From positions 384,001-448,000 of the forward strand of contig CAVZMH010000016.1 in assembly GCA_963776345.1 (NCBI GenBank): a DNA stretch of 64,000 nt. The letters are read 5' to 3'. Positions within the stretch are counted from its first letter, which is position 1, and every line of letters starts with the position of its first letter. Shown one piece after another: positions 9,308 to 19,979 of this stretch. Source of the DNA: an uncultured delta proteobacterium (GTDB lineage Bacteria > Myxococcota > Myxococcia > Myxococcales > Myxococcaceae). The notes beneath the pieces are model-generated. The model searched no databases and had not been told where the DNA came from. It was given only the letters and a program-made list of their open reading frames with translations. A program made the translations under genes and the position numbers.

Positions 9308-10768
9308 TCAGCGACGGAGCGAGAGCGCCACCGGCTCGGCCAGGAGATCGGCCGCCGCCCCGTCGGCGGCCTCGAGCAGCGGGCGCGGCCACAGCCCGAG
9401 CCCCACCACCGCCACCAGACACGCGCCGATCGCCAGGCGAAGCGGGAGCCGCGTCGGGACCGGCGCGTTCCCCTCTCCCTCGGCCATGAACGTCGAGCGC
9501 GCCACGCTCAGGTAGTAGAAGAGCCCGAACACCGCGAGCGCGACGCCGAGCACCACCAGCCAGCCGAGGCCGGCGCGGTAGCCGGCGAGCAGCACGAAGA
9601 GCTTGGCCCAGAACCCGGCGACGAACGGGATGCCGGCCAGCGAGAGCAGGAAGACCAGCATCGCCGCCCCGAGCACGGGCGCCCGCCGGGACAGCCCCGC
9701 GAGCCTCGACACGCTGTGTCCCCCGGAGCCCTCGGCGCCGGCGTGGAGCACCAGGAACGCGCCGAGGTTGGTGAAGACGTAGGTGGCCATGAAGAACAGC
9801 GCCATGGCCAGCCCCGCCCGCGTGCGCGCGGCGAGACCGATGAGCACGTAGCCCATCTGGGCGATGCCGGAGAACCCGAGCAGCCGCCGCACGTCGGACT
9901 GGTTCAGGGCGAAGAGGTTCCCCACCAGCATGCTCGCCGCCGAGAGCAGCACCACCGCGGGGGCCCAGAGCCCGGCCTCCCCCGCCCAGCCATGCAGCAG
10001 GATGACCGCCAGCGCCGCCAGGCCTCCCAGCTTCGGCGCCACGGAGAGGAACGCCACGAAGGGAGTGGGCGCGCCCTGGTACGTGTCAGGGACCCAGAAG
10101 TGGAAGGGCACCGCGCCGATCTTGAAGCCGAAGCCCGCGACGATGAGGAGCATGCCCACCGCCGCCAGCGGCGCCCGGGCCGGGTCGGCCACCACGTCGA
10201 TCCGCGAGGTTCCGCTCAGGCCCACGACGAGCGCGAGCCCGAAGAAGGTCAGCGCCGAGCTGGCCGTCCCGGTGACGAAGAGCTTCAGGCCCGCCTCGGC
10301 GCCCAGGCGAGGACGGTCGGGGGGGCCGTCGTTCTTCGCCCAGGCGGCGAGCGCGTACAGCGGGATCCCCATCAGCTCGAACGAGACCACCAGCAGGGCC
10401 CAGTCCCGTGCCCCGGGGATCATCATCATCCCCGAGGTGCTGAAGAGGACCAGCGCCAGGTACTCGGCCTGACGTCCGCCCGCGCGCGCCTCGAGCCAGT
10501 CCATCGATCCGAGCACCGCGAGGAGCGCGCTGCAGAGGAAGAGGCGCTGGAGGAACAGCGTCCAGGGCCCGGCGACGTACGCCCGGTGGGGAGCGACGCC
10601 CGCCGAGTTCAGTCCCGTCGAGCCGAGGAGCAGCGCCAGCAGCAGCGCCGCCGCCACCCAGCCCCAGAGACGGCCCCGGCCGGGCAGGAGCGTGTCGCCC
10701 CCGAGGACCACCGCGCCGAGGGCGGCGACGGCCAGCGCCGGCCCGAGGAGCTGGACCCAGGGATTCAT
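9308..10768 (-). CDS. nuoN: Complex I-like antiporter subunit N
   Basis: FKIGAVPFHFWVPDTYQGAPTP, RRLLGFSGIAQMGY, SLAGIPFVAGFWAK; 4-bp overlap with nuoM. Confidence 0.95.
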   Translation of the reverse strand: MNPWVQLLGPALAVAALGAVVLGGDTLLPGRGRLWGWVAAALLLALLLGSTGLNSAGVAPHRAYVAGPWTLFLQRLFLCSALLAVLGSMDWLEARAGGRQAEYLALVLFSTSGMMMIPGARDWALLVVSFELMGIPLYALAAWAKNDGPPDRPRLGAEAGLKLFVTGTASSALTFFGLALVVGLSGTSRIDVVADPARAPLAAVGMLLIVAGFGFKIGAVPFHFWVPDTYQGAPTPFVAFLSVAPKLGGLAALAVILLHGWAGEAGLWAPAVVLLSAASMLVGNLFALNQSDVRRLLGFSGIAQMGYVLIGLAARTRAGLAMALFFMATYVFTNLGAFLVLHAGAEGSGGHSVSRLAGLSRRAPVLGAAMLVFLLSLAGIPFVAGFWAKLFVLLAGYRAGLGWLVVLGVALAVFGLFYYLSVARSTFMAEGEGNAPVPTRLPLRLAIGACLVAVVGLGLWPRPLLEAADGAAADLLAEPVALSLRR

Positions 10769-12312
10769 CGACGGAGCGCCTCCGCCACCAGCGCCACCCG
10801 GTTCAGGTAGCCGGAGGTCGTGGCGTCGATGACATCCAGGAGGAGCCGTGGCCAGAAGCCGAACACCACCAGGGCGGTGCAGAGCACCACCGGCGCAGCC
10901 CACTCGGTCCGGCGCGGATCGCCCAGGTGCGACAGGTCGCCCGGAGGCCTCGGGCCCCAGAAGATGATCTTCGAGGCCCGGAGCACGTACACCGCGGTGA
11001 CGAAGGCGCCGAGCACCGCCGGCACCGTCCACCACGCGCTCCGGCCGGTGGCCGCTCCGAGGAACACCAGGAACTCGGCCACGAAGCCCGCCGTCCCCGG
11101 CAGCCCGAGCGAGGACAGCGCGCCCAGGGTGAAGAACGCGGCGATGGCCGGCATCGCGTGGGCGAAGCCGCCCATCTTCGCGAGGTCCCGGGTGTGGGCT
11201 CGCTCGTAGACCAGGCCCACCAGGGCGAAGAACAGCCCGGTCATGATGCCGTGAGCGAACATCTGGAACACCGCGCCGTTCCAGCCCACCGGGGTCAGCG
11301 TCGCCGCCCCGAGCATCACCACCCCCATGTGGCTCACCGACGAGTAGGCCACGATGTACTTGAGGTCGTCCTGGGCCGCGGCGCAGAGCGCGCCGTAGAG
11401 AATGTTGACCACCGCCACTGCGCCCACCAGCGGCGCCCAGGCCACCGCGGCCTCCGGCGCGAGCACCATCCCCACCCGCATCACCCCGAACGCGCCGAGC
11501 TTCATCAGCACGCCGGCGTGCAGCATGCTGACCGCCGTCGGCGCCGAGGCGTGGCCGTCCGGGCTCCAGGTATGGAACGGGAAGACGCCCGCCAGCGTCC
11601 CGAAGCCGAGCCAGAGCAGCGGGAAGACCCACATCTGGGTGGAGCGCGAGAAGGGGACGGACGCGAGGTGCCCGAGGTCGAAGGTCCGGGCGCCCGCATG
11701 GGACCACAACCCGAGGATGGCCACCAGGATGGCCGCGGAGCCCACCAGCAGCATCAGGGTGAGCTTCATCGCGGCGTACTCGCGGCTGCCCACCGCGAAG
11801 CGCCGCCACGCGCCGCGGAAAGGACCGGCCGCCGGCACGGAGTGGCTGCTCCCCCAGATCCCGATGAGCAGGTACATCGGGAGGACGGCGATCTCGTAGA
11901 AGAGGAAGAAGACGAACAGGTCCTGGCTGACGAAGACACCGAAGACGCCGGTGACCAGCGTGAGGAGCAGGACGAAGAACTCCTTGTCCCGGCGCTGCAC
12001 CGTCCAGCTCGCCAGCACCCCGGTGACGATGATGATGCCGGTCAAGAGCACCAGCGCGATGCTCCAGCCGTCCGCCGCCAGCGACAGCGAGATGCCCATC
12101 GAGGGCACGAGCGGATAGCGCTCGGCGAGCTGGAAGCCGCCCACGCCCTTGTCCCAGGCCAGCGCCGCCAGGACCGCGCAGACCAGCCCGCCGCTCGCCC
12201 CGGCCAGGGACACCCAGCGAACGAGCCGCCGCATCCGGCCCGGGATGAGCAGGAGCAGCGCCGCAGCGACCGCGGGCGAGCCGACCATCAGCGAGAGGAG
12301 ATTCCGGCTCAT
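10765..12312 (-). CDS. nuoM: Complex I-like antiporter subunit M
   Basis: FFLFYEIAVLPMY, PFHTWSPDGHASAPTAVSMLHAGVLMKLG, AYSSVSHMG, LGLPGTAGFVAEF. Confidence 0.95.
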   Translation of the reverse strand: MSRNLLSLMVGSPAVAAALLLLIPGRMRRLVRWVSLAGASGGLVCAVLAALAWDKGVGGFQLAERYPLVPSMGISLSLAADGWSIALVLLTGIIIVTGVLASWTVQRRDKEFFVLLLTLVTGVFGVFVSQDLFVFFLFYEIAVLPMYLLIGIWGSSHSVPAAGPFRGAWRRFAVGSREYAAMKLTLMLLVGSAAILVAILGLWSHAGARTFDLGHLASVPFSRSTQMWVFPLLWLGFGTLAGVFPFHTWSPDGHASAPTAVSMLHAGVLMKLGAFGVMRVGMVLAPEAAVAWAPLVGAVAVVNILYGALCAAAQDDLKYIVAYSSVSHMGVVMLGAATLTPVGWNGAVFQMFAHGIMTGLFFALVGLVYERAHTRDLAKMGGFAHAMPAIAAFFTLGALSSLGLPGTAGFVAEFLVFLGAATGRSAWWTVPAVLGAFVTAVYVLRASKIIFWGPRPPGDLSHLGDPRRTEWAAPVVLCTALVVFGFWPRLLLDVIDATTSGYLNRVALVAEALRR

Positions 12313-14108
12313 CGCCAGGTCCCCAGGACGAGCAGCACCAGCGCCCCCACCACCACCGCCAGCGCGTAGTCGCGCGTCCGGCCGGTCTGGATCGGTCGCA
12401 CCGCTTCTCCCGCCTCGAGCGTCCCCCAGCCGAGGCCGTTCATCAGCCCGTCGACGAGGTAGCGATCGACCCAGCGCAGCGCGCTCCCCAGCGGGAGCAG
12501 GACGCTGCGGTAACCGAACGCCCAGGTCCGGTCGATGATCGACGCCCGGTCCATCGCCGCGAGGATCGCGGCCAGCGGCGCCTCACGGCCACGCAGGTAG
12601 ATGATCAGGGCGGTGGCCAGCCCACCCACGGCGGCCACGCTCGCCAGCACCGGCGTCAGCCCGAGGTGCAGGTGCATCTCCTCGCCGAGCCCCCGGGCGA
12701 GCCAGGGACCGAGCAGGCCTCCGGCCACCGTGGGGATGGCGAGCGCGAGCAGCGGCCCGGTCATCACCGCCGGGGACTCGTGCGCGTGCGCCGCCGCCGG
12801 TGAGGGCTTGCCGAGGAAGGTCAGCACCAGCACCCGCCCCATGTAGAAGGCGGTGAGGAACGCCGTCGCCAGCAGGAGCGCCCAGGGCACCCACCCTGCC
12901 CTGCCCTCCACCGCGGTGAGGATGGCATCCTTCGAGGCGAAGCCGGCGAACGGCGGGATGCCGGCCAGGGAGAGCGCTCCGGCGGTGAAGGTGATGGCCG
13001 TCACCGGCATCTTGCGCCCGAGCCCGCCCATGTCGGCCATCGAGTTGGAGTGCACGGCGTGGATCACGCTGCCCGCGCCGAGGAACAGGAGCGCCTTGAA
13101 GAAGGCGTGGGTCCCGAGGTGGAAGTAGCCGGCGAACGCCGATCCGGCACCGAGCGCCGCGACCATGAAGCCCAGCTGCGAGCAGGTGGAGTAGGCCAGC
13201 ACCCGCTTGATGTCGGTCTGCACCAGCCCGAGCAGCGCGGCGAACACGGCGGTGATGGTCCCGATCCACAGCATCCCGCCCTGGACCCAGTGGGCCTGGG
13301 TGAAGAGCGGATCCGCCCGGACGACGAGGTACACCCCCGCGGCCACCATCGTCGCCGCGTGAAGCAGCGCCGACACCGGCGTCGGGCCCTCCATCGCGTC
13401 CGGGAGCCAGACGTGCAGCGGGAACTGGGCCGACTTGCCCATCACCCCGAGAAAGATCAGGGCCGCCGTCGCCTCGGCCACCTCGGGGCGGAGCGCCACG
13501 TCCCAGGAGAAGGCGCCGGTGCGGGCGAACAGGAGCAGCAGCGCGAACAGGAAGCCCATGTCCGCGAGCTTCGTCATCCAGAAGGCCTTCACCGCGGCCC
13601 GCGCGGCGCTGGGGCGATCGAAGTGGAAGCCGATGAGGAGGTAGCTGACCAGGCCGACCAGCTCCCATCCGGCGAACGCCTGGAGCAGGTCCGGAGCCAG
13701 CACCAGGGTGTTCATGCTGAAGAGGAAGAGCGCGTGGAAGGCGAAATACCGCCCGTAGGAGCGCGACGTCTCTCCATGCATGTACGCCACCGAGTAGACC
13801 TGGACCGCGAGCGCCACCAGGCACACCACCACGAGCATCGGGATGGAGACGGCGTCGAGCCGGACGCCGACCTCGCCGAGCCCGCGCCCCTGCACCAGCA
13901 GCCAGGGTACCGTGGCGCGGATGGCCGTGCCGGCGACGTCCTGCGCGGCCAGCATCCCGGCCGCCCCGGTCGCCACCAGGCTGGCGATGATGGTCAGCAT
14001 CGCCGCCGGGGCGCCCCGGTGGCGGAAGGGGGGGACGACCACCGAGAGGAGCGCGGCCCCCAGCGGGGCGACGAGCGTGGCCAGAGCCAGCTGGACCGGA
14101 AGACTCAT
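12309..14108 (-). CDS. nuoL: Complex I-like antiporter subunit L
   Basis: WELVGLVSYLLIGF, KSAQFPLHVWLPDAMEGPTPVSALLHAATMV, DIKRVLAYSTCSQLG, HAFFKALLFL; 599 aa. Confidence 0.96.
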   Translation of the reverse strand: MSLPVQLALATLVAPLGAALLSVVVPPFRHRGAPAAMLTIIASLVATGAAGMLAAQDVAGTAIRATVPWLLVQGRGLGEVGVRLDAVSIPMLVVVCLVALAVQVYSVAYMHGETSRSYGRYFAFHALFLFSMNTLVLAPDLLQAFAGWELVGLVSYLLIGFHFDRPSAARAAVKAFWMTKLADMGFLFALLLLFARTGAFSWDVALRPEVAEATAALIFLGVMGKSAQFPLHVWLPDAMEGPTPVSALLHAATMVAAGVYLVVRADPLFTQAHWVQGGMLWIGTITAVFAALLGLVQTDIKRVLAYSTCSQLGFMVAALGAGSAFAGYFHLGTHAFFKALLFLGAGSVIHAVHSNSMADMGGLGRKMPVTAITFTAGALSLAGIPPFAGFASKDAILTAVEGRAGWVPWALLLATAFLTAFYMGRVLVLTFLGKPSPAAAHAHESPAVMTGPLLALAIPTVAGGLLGPWLARGLGEEMHLHLGLTPVLASVAAVGGLATALIIYLRGREAPLAAILAAMDRASIIDRTWAFGYRSVLLPLGSALRWVDRYLVDGLMNGLGWGTLEAGEAVRPIQTGRTRDYALAVVVGALVLLVLGTWR

Positions 14109-14401
14109 CCCTTGGCCTCGCTCGCCAGCTCGAGCAGCGTGTCGCCGTGCCGGCGGTAGAGGAGAAGCACCAGGGCCAGCCCCACCGCGACCTCGGCGAC
14201 GGTGATCGCCAGGGCGAACAGCACCAGCGGATGTCCCGGCGCGCCGCCGTATCGAGCGAAGGCCACGAAGACCAGGTTCGCGGCGTTGGCCATCACCTCG
14301 ATGGAGAGCAGGAGGGCCACCGCCTGCCTCCGGGTGACCAGACCGTAGATGCCGACGCTGAAGAGGGCGGTGGCGACGAGCAGCAGCGCGCGGAGGGTCA
14401 C
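14105..14401 (-). CDS. nuoK: Complex I-like subunit K
   Basis: LFSVGIYG, LLSIEVMANAANL, VAEVAVGLAL; GTG start overlaps the nuoJ stop. Confidence 0.93.
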   Translation of the reverse strand: MTLRALLLVATALFSVGIYGLVTRRQAVALLLSIEVMANAANLVFVAFARYGGAPGHPLVLFALAITVAEVAVGLALVLLLYRRHGDTLLELASEAKG

Positions 14402-14949
14402 GGGGAGCTCCCCTCTCCGAGCGCCGCGGACCCGGCGGGACCGGCAGACTCGGGCGCCGGGTCGCGGCGGCGGGCGAGCACCACCGCGCTGACGATGGCC
14501 GCGAGGAGGAGCACCGAGGCGACCTCGAAGGCGAGCAGGTAGCGGTCGAGCAGCGCGAGCGCGAGGTCCTGCGTGGACGGCGTGTCCACCACCGCGAGCG
14601 CCGAGAGATCGGTCCGGAGGATGGCCGAGGCGACGACGCCGAAGAAGGCCAGCGCCGCAACGGCGCCCCGGATCCGGTTCGTCCCGTCGATGGCCACCGT
14701 GGCGCCGGTGTGCTTCCGGGTCACCATCACTCCGAACACCATCAGGGTGACCACACCCCCGACGTAGGTGAGCACCTGGACGCCGGCGAGGAACGGTGCG
14801 CTGAGCAGCGCGTACAGCACCGCCGTCCCCAGCAGCGTCACGGCGAGCCACAGCACCGCCCGCACCAGATCGCGGCTGGTCACGACCCGGAGCGCCGGGA
14901 AGCCCACCAGCAGGAGCGCGAGCGCTCCGAAGCCCAGCTCGACGCTCAC
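14398..14949 (-). CDS. nuoJ: Complex I-like subunit J
   Basis: APFLAGVQVLTYVGGVVTLMVF, YLLAFEVASVLLLAAIVSAVVL. Confidence 0.93.
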   Translation of the reverse strand: MSVELGFGALALLLVGFPALRVVTSRDLVRAVLWLAVTLLGTAVLYALLSAPFLAGVQVLTYVGGVVTLMVFGVMVTRKHTGATVAIDGTNRIRGAVAALAFFGVVASAILRTDLSALAVVDTPSTQDLALALLDRYLLAFEVASVLLLAAIVSAVVLARRRDPAPESAGPAGSAALGEGSSP

Positions 14950-15725
14950 CGGGTGCCCTCCCCCTCCGAGGATCCGCGCTCGGTCGAGCTCGACCCCTCC
15001 GCTCCCGCGCCGCTCTTCGAGGATCCGTCCGCGGGCGCACGCCGAGTGGCGCCGACCGGAGCAACGGACGCGGCGCGACCGGGCGCGGTCGCCCCGGGCT
15101 GGGCGGCGGCAGCGACCGGCGGCGCACCCGCGGCTGCCGGGACGGCGGCGGACTCGGCCGCAGGGCGCGGCGCGGGGGAAGACGCAGGAGCGCCGGCCGC
15201 CGGAGCCGCGCTCGCCGGCGCCGCGGCCTTCGGGGGCTTGGGCGGCGTCTGCATGCCGTTGAGCCGCGTGGCGTCGCCCCACGCCCGGTGCTTCGCCTTC
15301 TCGTTGGCGTAGAGCTTCGCCATGGTGAGCACCAGATCCTCGCGCCCGAACGCGGGCAGCTCCGGCTCCCGGGTCATGACGATGGCGTCCGTCGGGCAGA
15401 CCTGGACGCAGAGCTCGCAGTAGATGCAGGCGTTCAGGTCGAGCACGAAGTCGTCGGCGTAGCCGCGCTTCTTCCCGGTGATGGGCGACTCGCGCTTGCC
15501 GCCCGCCTTGATGGAGATGACCTGCGAGGGACAGATGCGTTCGCACTGCAGGCACCCGATGCACGCCTCGTCCCCGTCCTCCTCGTGGAGAAGCGCGAAG
15601 CTGGCCCGGTAGCGCTCGGCGCGCGGGCGGATGACCTCGGGGAACTCCACCGTCACTGGCCTGCGGAAGGCATTGGTCAGGCTGGTGGCCAGCGCCCGGG
15701 CCGCCGTCGTGAGGTAGTCCTTCAC
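14946..15725 (-). CDS. nuoI: Complex I-like subunit I (2x[4Fe-4S]) with Ala/Pro-rich C-terminal tail
   Basis: CIGCLQCERICP and CIYCELCVQVCP motifs. Confidence 0.93.
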   Translation of the reverse strand: MKDYLTTAARALATSLTNAFRRPVTVEFPEVIRPRAERYRASFALLHEEDGDEACIGCLQCERICPSQVISIKAGGKRESPITGKKRGYADDFVLDLNACIYCELCVQVCPTDAIVMTREPELPAFGREDLVLTMAKLYANEKAKHRAWGDATRLNGMQTPPKPPKAAAPASAAPAAGAPASSPAPRPAAESAAVPAAAGAPPVAAAAQPGATAPGRAASVAPVGATRRAPADGSSKSGAGAEGSSSTERGSSEGEGTR

Positions 15726-16693
15726 GGGAACACCACCACCCAGGTCGCGGCCGCGCCCACCAGGAGCACGCCCATCGGCACCAGCCACTTCCAGCAAAGC
15801 CCCATCAGCTGATCGGACCGGAACCGGAGCAGCGACCAGCGGATCCAGTACACCAGGGTGAAGAGGAGCAGCGTCTTCAGCACCATCCAGTGGAGTCCCG
15901 GCCAGAACGGCCCGTCCCAGCCGCCGAGGAAGAGCGCCGCCCCCACCGCCGAGGCCACGATCGTGTGGATGTACTCGGCCATGTAGAACAGCGCGAACTT
16001 CATCCCGGTGTACTCGGTGGTGACGCCGGCCACGAGCTCGCTCTCCGCCTCCGGAATGTCGAAGGGGATGCGGTTCGCCTCGGCCAGCATCGCCAGGAGG
16101 AAGATGCCGAAGGCCGGCAGGCCGATGAAGAAGGGCCAGACCACGAACCAGTGGTGGTCCGCCTGCGCCTGGACGATGGCACCCAACCGCAGCGACCCGG
16201 AGAGGATGACCGGCACCATCGCCGAGAGGAGCAGCGGCACCTCGTAGGAGATGGACTGAGCCACCGCCCGCATTCCGCCGAGCAGCGCCAGCTTGTTGTT
16301 GCTCGACCACCCCGCCCCGAAGATTGGGAGCACGGTCACCGCCCCGATGGCGAGCACGTAGAGCACGCCCACGTCCAGGTCCGAGGCCACCACCGACGGC
16401 GAGAACGGCACCACCGCGGCGGCGCCGAGCGCGGCCAGGGCAGCGAGCGGAGGCACCAGGTTGAAGATGGCTGAATCCGCATTGTCCGGGACGATGTCCT
16501 CCTTCTGGAGGAGCTTCAGGAGATCTGCCACCGGCTGCAGCAGCCCGATGGGCCCCACGATGGTCGGGCCCAGCCGGGTCTGGAGCCGGGCGGCGAACTT
16601 CCGCTCGAACCAGAGGGCCATCGCCGTCGCCGTGAGCACCACCGTGACGATGAGCACCGAGTACACCGCTCCGTGGAGGAGCCCCTCGTTCAC
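15722..16693 (-). CDS. nuoH: Complex I-like subunit H
   Basis: ERKFAARLQTRLGP, GLLQPVADLLKLLQKED, RAVAQSISYE, NRIPFDIPEAESELVAG. Confidence 0.96.
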   Translation of the reverse strand: MNEGLLHGAVYSVLIVTVVLTATAMALWFERKFAARLQTRLGPTIVGPIGLLQPVADLLKLLQKEDIVPDNADSAIFNLVPPLAALAALGAAAVVPFSPSVVASDLDVGVLYVLAIGAVTVLPIFGAGWSSNNKLALLGGMRAVAQSISYEVPLLLSAMVPVILSGSLRLGAIVQAQADHHWFVVWPFFIGLPAFGIFLLAMLAEANRIPFDIPEAESELVAGVTTEYTGMKFALFYMAEYIHTIVASAVGAALFLGGWDGPFWPGLHWMVLKTLLLFTLVYWIRWSLLRFRSDQLMGLCWKWLVPMGVLLVGAAATWVVVFP

Positions 16694-17880
16694 CGGTCCA
16701 CCTCGCCCATGATCGGGTCCACCGAGCCGAGGATCGCCACCGCGTCGCTCACCGTGCCCCCGGGGATGATGTACGGCAGCGCGGAGAGCGCGTGCAGGCT
16801 CGGCGGGCGGATCTTCAGGCGGTACGGGAACTGCGTGCCGTCCGAGACCAAGTAGGTGCCGAGCTCGCCCCGCGGGGTCTCGATCGCCACGTAGACCTGA
16901 CCCGGTGGAATCTTGGTCTGCACCGGGAGCTTCACCGGCTTGCCGGAGTTGATGCTGCCCTCGGGCACCGAATCCACCATCTCGCGCACCAGGCGGACGC
17001 TCTCGCGCATCTCGCCCAGCCGCACCTGGGCGCGGGCCAGGCAGTCCCCGCCCTGCGCGGTCACCACGTTCACCTTCACCTCGTCGTAGGCGTGGAAGGG
17101 GGCGTCGCGGCGGAGATCGTGGTCCACGCCGCAGGCACGGAGGATGGGGCCGGTGATGCCCAGCTCGAGCGCCAGCTCCGCGTCCAGCTTCCCCACCCCC
17201 ACAGTCCGGTCGAGGAAGATGCGGTTCTCCAGCGTCATGGCCTCGTACTCGTCGAGCCGGGGGCCGATGACGTCCAGCGCGGCGTGCACCTTCGCGCTCC
17301 AGCCCGCGGGCAGGTCGTGCCGGTTCCCGCCGATGGTGTGGGTGTTGTAGTGGAACCGCGCCCCGGTGACCTCCTCGAAGAGGTCCAGCACCAGCTCGCG
17401 CTCGCGGAAGCAGTGGATAAACACCGTCGACCCGCCGCCCAGGGCGCCCCCCAGGTCCAGGGCGAAGGTCCCGAGCCAGAGCAGGTGCGAGGCGATGCGC
17501 TGGAGCTCGGCGAAGAGGGTCCGCATCCACCGCGCCCGGCGCGGCACCTCGAGCTTGAGCGCCGCCTCGAAGGCCATGTTCAGGGCCTGCTCGTTGGTCA
17601 TCGGCGCGACGTAGTCGTTCTTGTCGACGATGGGGGTGATCTGCACGTAGGCCAGAGTCTCGCAGAGCTTCTCCACCGCCCGGTGGAGGTAGCCCACGTG
17701 CGGAATCACCTTCACCACCTTCTCCCCGTCCAGGTAGAGGTCCATCCGGAACACTCCGTGGGTGGACGGGTGCTGCGGCCCGAAGTGCAGGAGCATCAGC
17801 TCCCCCTCGGGGTCATACCGGTCGAGCGAGAGGTGGGGGTCGACGCGCCGGATGATCTGCACCGTCTGGAGTGCGGTCAT
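16690..17880 (-). CDS. nuoD: Complex I-like subunit D (quinone-reducing; no NiFe ligands)
   Basis: [30 protein letters not shown]-terminal DPIMGEVDR. Confidence 0.95.
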   Translation of the reverse strand: MTALQTVQIIRRVDPHLSLDRYDPEGELMLLHFGPQHPSTHGVFRMDLYLDGEKVVKVIPHVGYLHRAVEKLCETLAYVQITPIVDKNDYVAPMTNEQALNMAFEAALKLEVPRRARWMRTLFAELQRIASHLLWLGTFALDLGGALGGGSTVFIHCFRERELVLDLFEEVTGARFHYNTHTIGGNRHDLPAGWSAKVHAALDVIGPRLDEYEAMTLENRIFLDRTVGVGKLDAELALELGITGPILRACGVDHDLRRDAPFHAYDEVKVNVVTAQGGDCLARAQVRLGEMRESVRLVREMVDSVPEGSINSGKPVKLPVQTKIPPGQVYVAIETPRGELGTYLVSDGTQFPYRLKIRPPSLHALSALPYIIPGGTVSDAVAILGSVDPIMGEVDR

Positions 17881-19061
17881 CGCCAGGGCGCGTACGGAAG
17901 GTTGGCCGGCAGGTCCCGACGGAGGGGATGTCGGTCGTAGTTCTCCGGCATCATCAGCCGGCGCAGGTCCGGGTGATCGGCGAACACCACGCCGACCAGG
18001 TCGTACTGCTCGCGCTCCTGCCAGTCTGCCCCGGCGAAGAGCTGGAACAGCGAGGCGACGGGCTCGCCCGGCGCGAGCCGGACCGCCCACGTTGCGATGC
18101 GCGAGCCGGCGCCCACCGTCCGGAGCAGGTAGCTGACCTCGAAGTGCTCGGGCTCGTCCGGGACCTTCCCCTTCCGGGCCGTGCCCGCCACCCAGTGCGT
18201 CGCCACCACCGACACCAGCTGCCGGTACCCGCGGGACTTGAGCCGGCTCGCGACCTCGAGGTGGCGCCGCGCCGGTACGAGCGGAGGGCCGAGCTCGCCC
18301 GTCGCCGCGATGCCCAGCTCGGTGAGCACCGCCGGCAGGTCCGGACCGGAGATATTGGAGGCGAGCTCCGTGGGCTCGGGCGCGAGCGAGGCGTGGACCG
18401 CCGGGGTGACCTCCACCTCGGTGGCGATGTCTGCCGACTCGATCTGCGCGCGGTCCATCTCGGGGGTCCGCTCCTGGTCGACCATCCGCGGGATGGACGG
18501 GCGCGTGACGCGGAGCAGCTCTGAATTGGTCTCGAGCGTGACGGTCTCGCCCTTGCGGCTCTTGCGGATCTTCTCTTGCAGCCGCAGAAACCCGTGCATC
18601 AGGGCCTCCGGGTTCGGCGGACAGCCAGGCACGTAGACGTCGACCGGAAGGAACGTGTCCACGCCCGGAACGACCGAGTACAGGTTCCGGTAGAAGTCGC
18701 CGGAGATGGCGCAGGAGCCCATGGCGATGCACCATTTGGGCTCGGGCATCTGGTCCCAGAGCTTCTTCACCCGCGACGCCATCTTCACGGTGATGGTCCC
18801 CGCCACCACCATCACGTCCGCCTGCCGCGGCGTGGCCCGGACGATGGTCCCCATCCGGTCGATGTCCACCCGGCTCGCGGCGGTGGCCATGAACTCGATG
18901 CCGCAGCAGCTGGTGGCCATGGGGAACACCCAGAGCGCGTTGCTCATCCCCCAGGTGAGCACCTGGTCCAGCGCGGTGGTGGCCACCGTCAGCCCTGGCA
19001 CGCTGAGCAGCGTCTTGTAGAGCGGGTGCTCGAACGCCGCCCCGTCGTCGACGGTCTTCAC
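17877..19061 (-). CDS. nuoBC: Fused complex I subunits B and C
   Basis: N-terminal NuoB ([31 protein letters not shown]) runs in one frame into NuoC ([23 protein letters not shown]...HPLRRD). Confidence 0.92.
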   Translation of the reverse strand: MKTVDDGAAFEHPLYKTLLSVPGLTVATTALDQVLTWGMSNALWVFPMATSCCGIEFMATAASRVDIDRMGTIVRATPRQADVMVVAGTITVKMASRVKKLWDQMPEPKWCIAMGSCAISGDFYRNLYSVVPGVDTFLPVDVYVPGCPPNPEALMHGFLRLQEKIRKSRKGETVTLETNSELLRVTRPSIPRMVDQERTPEMDRAQIESADIATEVEVTPAVHASLAPEPTELASNISGPDLPAVLTELGIAATGELGPPLVPARRHLEVASRLKSRGYRQLVSVVATHWVAGTARKGKVPDEPEHFEVSYLLRTVGAGSRIATWAVRLAPGEPVASLFQLFAGADWQEREQYDLVGVVFADHPDLRRLMMPENYDRHPLRRDLPANLPYAPWR

Positions 19062-19417
19062 ACCCACTGCAGCGCTCCCTTCCGGATCGCCCAGGCCCAA
19101 CCGAGCATCAGCACCCCGACGAACGTGCCCACCGCGACCAGGCCGGTGGTCCCCACCTCCCGGACGATGGTGCTCCATGGGAGAATGAGCGCGGCCTCGA
19201 TGTCGAAGAGGACGAAGAACAGGGCCACCACGTAGTAGCGGGCGTGGAAGCGCACCCAGGCCATCCCCCGGGGCGTCTCGCCGCACTCGTAGGTCTCGCG
19301 CTTGAGCGGGCTGTCGACCCGGGCGCGCACCCGGAGCAGCCGCGCCCCGACGAGGAGGCTCCCCACGGCGAGGAAGGAGATGACGAGGAAGGCGAGGAGG
19401 GAGAGACCCTGGGTCAT
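19058..19417 (-). CDS. nuoA: Complex I-like subunit A
   Basis: [32 protein letters not shown]. Confidence 0.95.
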   Translation of the reverse strand: MTQGLSLLAFLVISFLAVGSLLVGARLLRVRARVDSPLKRETYECGETPRGMAWVRFHARYYVVALFFVLFDIEAALILPWSTIVREVGTTGLVAVGTFVGVLMLGWAWAIRKGALQWV

Positions 19418-19441
19418 GCACGTGCTCCCGGGAGCGACGTC

Positions 19442-19966
19442 CTACTGCGCGACCGGGTCGTCCGCATAGGCCTCTGAATCGTCAGGCTTCTCGGGGCAGC
19501 GCGCCAGCTCGGCCTTCACCAATGACTGGTGGTGCACTTCCTCGTCCCGGAGCTCCTGGAACAGCGCCTGCAACTCCGGGTCCTTGACGCGGGGCACCGC
19601 CTCGTTGAAGAAGGCGTAGGCCTTGACCTCGGCGGCGAGCACCGCCTCCAGCGCCTGGCGGACCCCCATGAAGGCCCGGGCCGCCTCGTAGCCCGGCGCC
19701 TCCACGTCGAAGAGCATTCGCCGCTCGACCGTGGAGGGGGCGTTCCCGAAGAGCGTCCGCCGGCGCTCGAGCAGCTCCGTGCGGTGCCGGTCCTCGATGC
19801 GGGCCATCCGGGAGAAGAAGTCGGCCACCTCGGGGGTGTCGTGGGTGGCGAGCTGCTCGCCGAACTCCCAGTAGCGGTCCCGGGCCTCCTCCTCGATGAG
19901 CACGGCCAGGTCGAGCGCGTCCCGGAGCGTGATCCGCTCGAAATCGATGCCGGTGATGGGAACCAT
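19442..19966 (-). CDS. Ferritin-like / rubrerythrin-family di-iron protein (no rubredoxin domain)
   Basis: Duplicated E...ExxH pattern (IEEEA...EDRH; AEVKA...EEVHH). Confidence 0.85.
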   Translation of the reverse strand: MVPITGIDFERITLRDALDLAVLIEEEARDRYWEFGEQLATHDTPEVADFFSRMARIEDRHRTELLERRRTLFGNAPSTVERRMLFDVEAPGYEAARAFMGVRQALEAVLAAEVKAYAFFNEAVPRVKDPELQALFQELRDEEVHHQSLVKAELARCPEKPDDSEAYADDPVAQ

Positions 19967-19979
19967 GGCGGTGCCCTCC

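Noticed and set aside
16690..19061. Group 4 NiFe-hydrogenase interpretation of the nuo-like cluster
   Set aside because: Large subunit lacks both CxxC nickel motifs and ends in the complex I-type GEVDR; no maturation genes.
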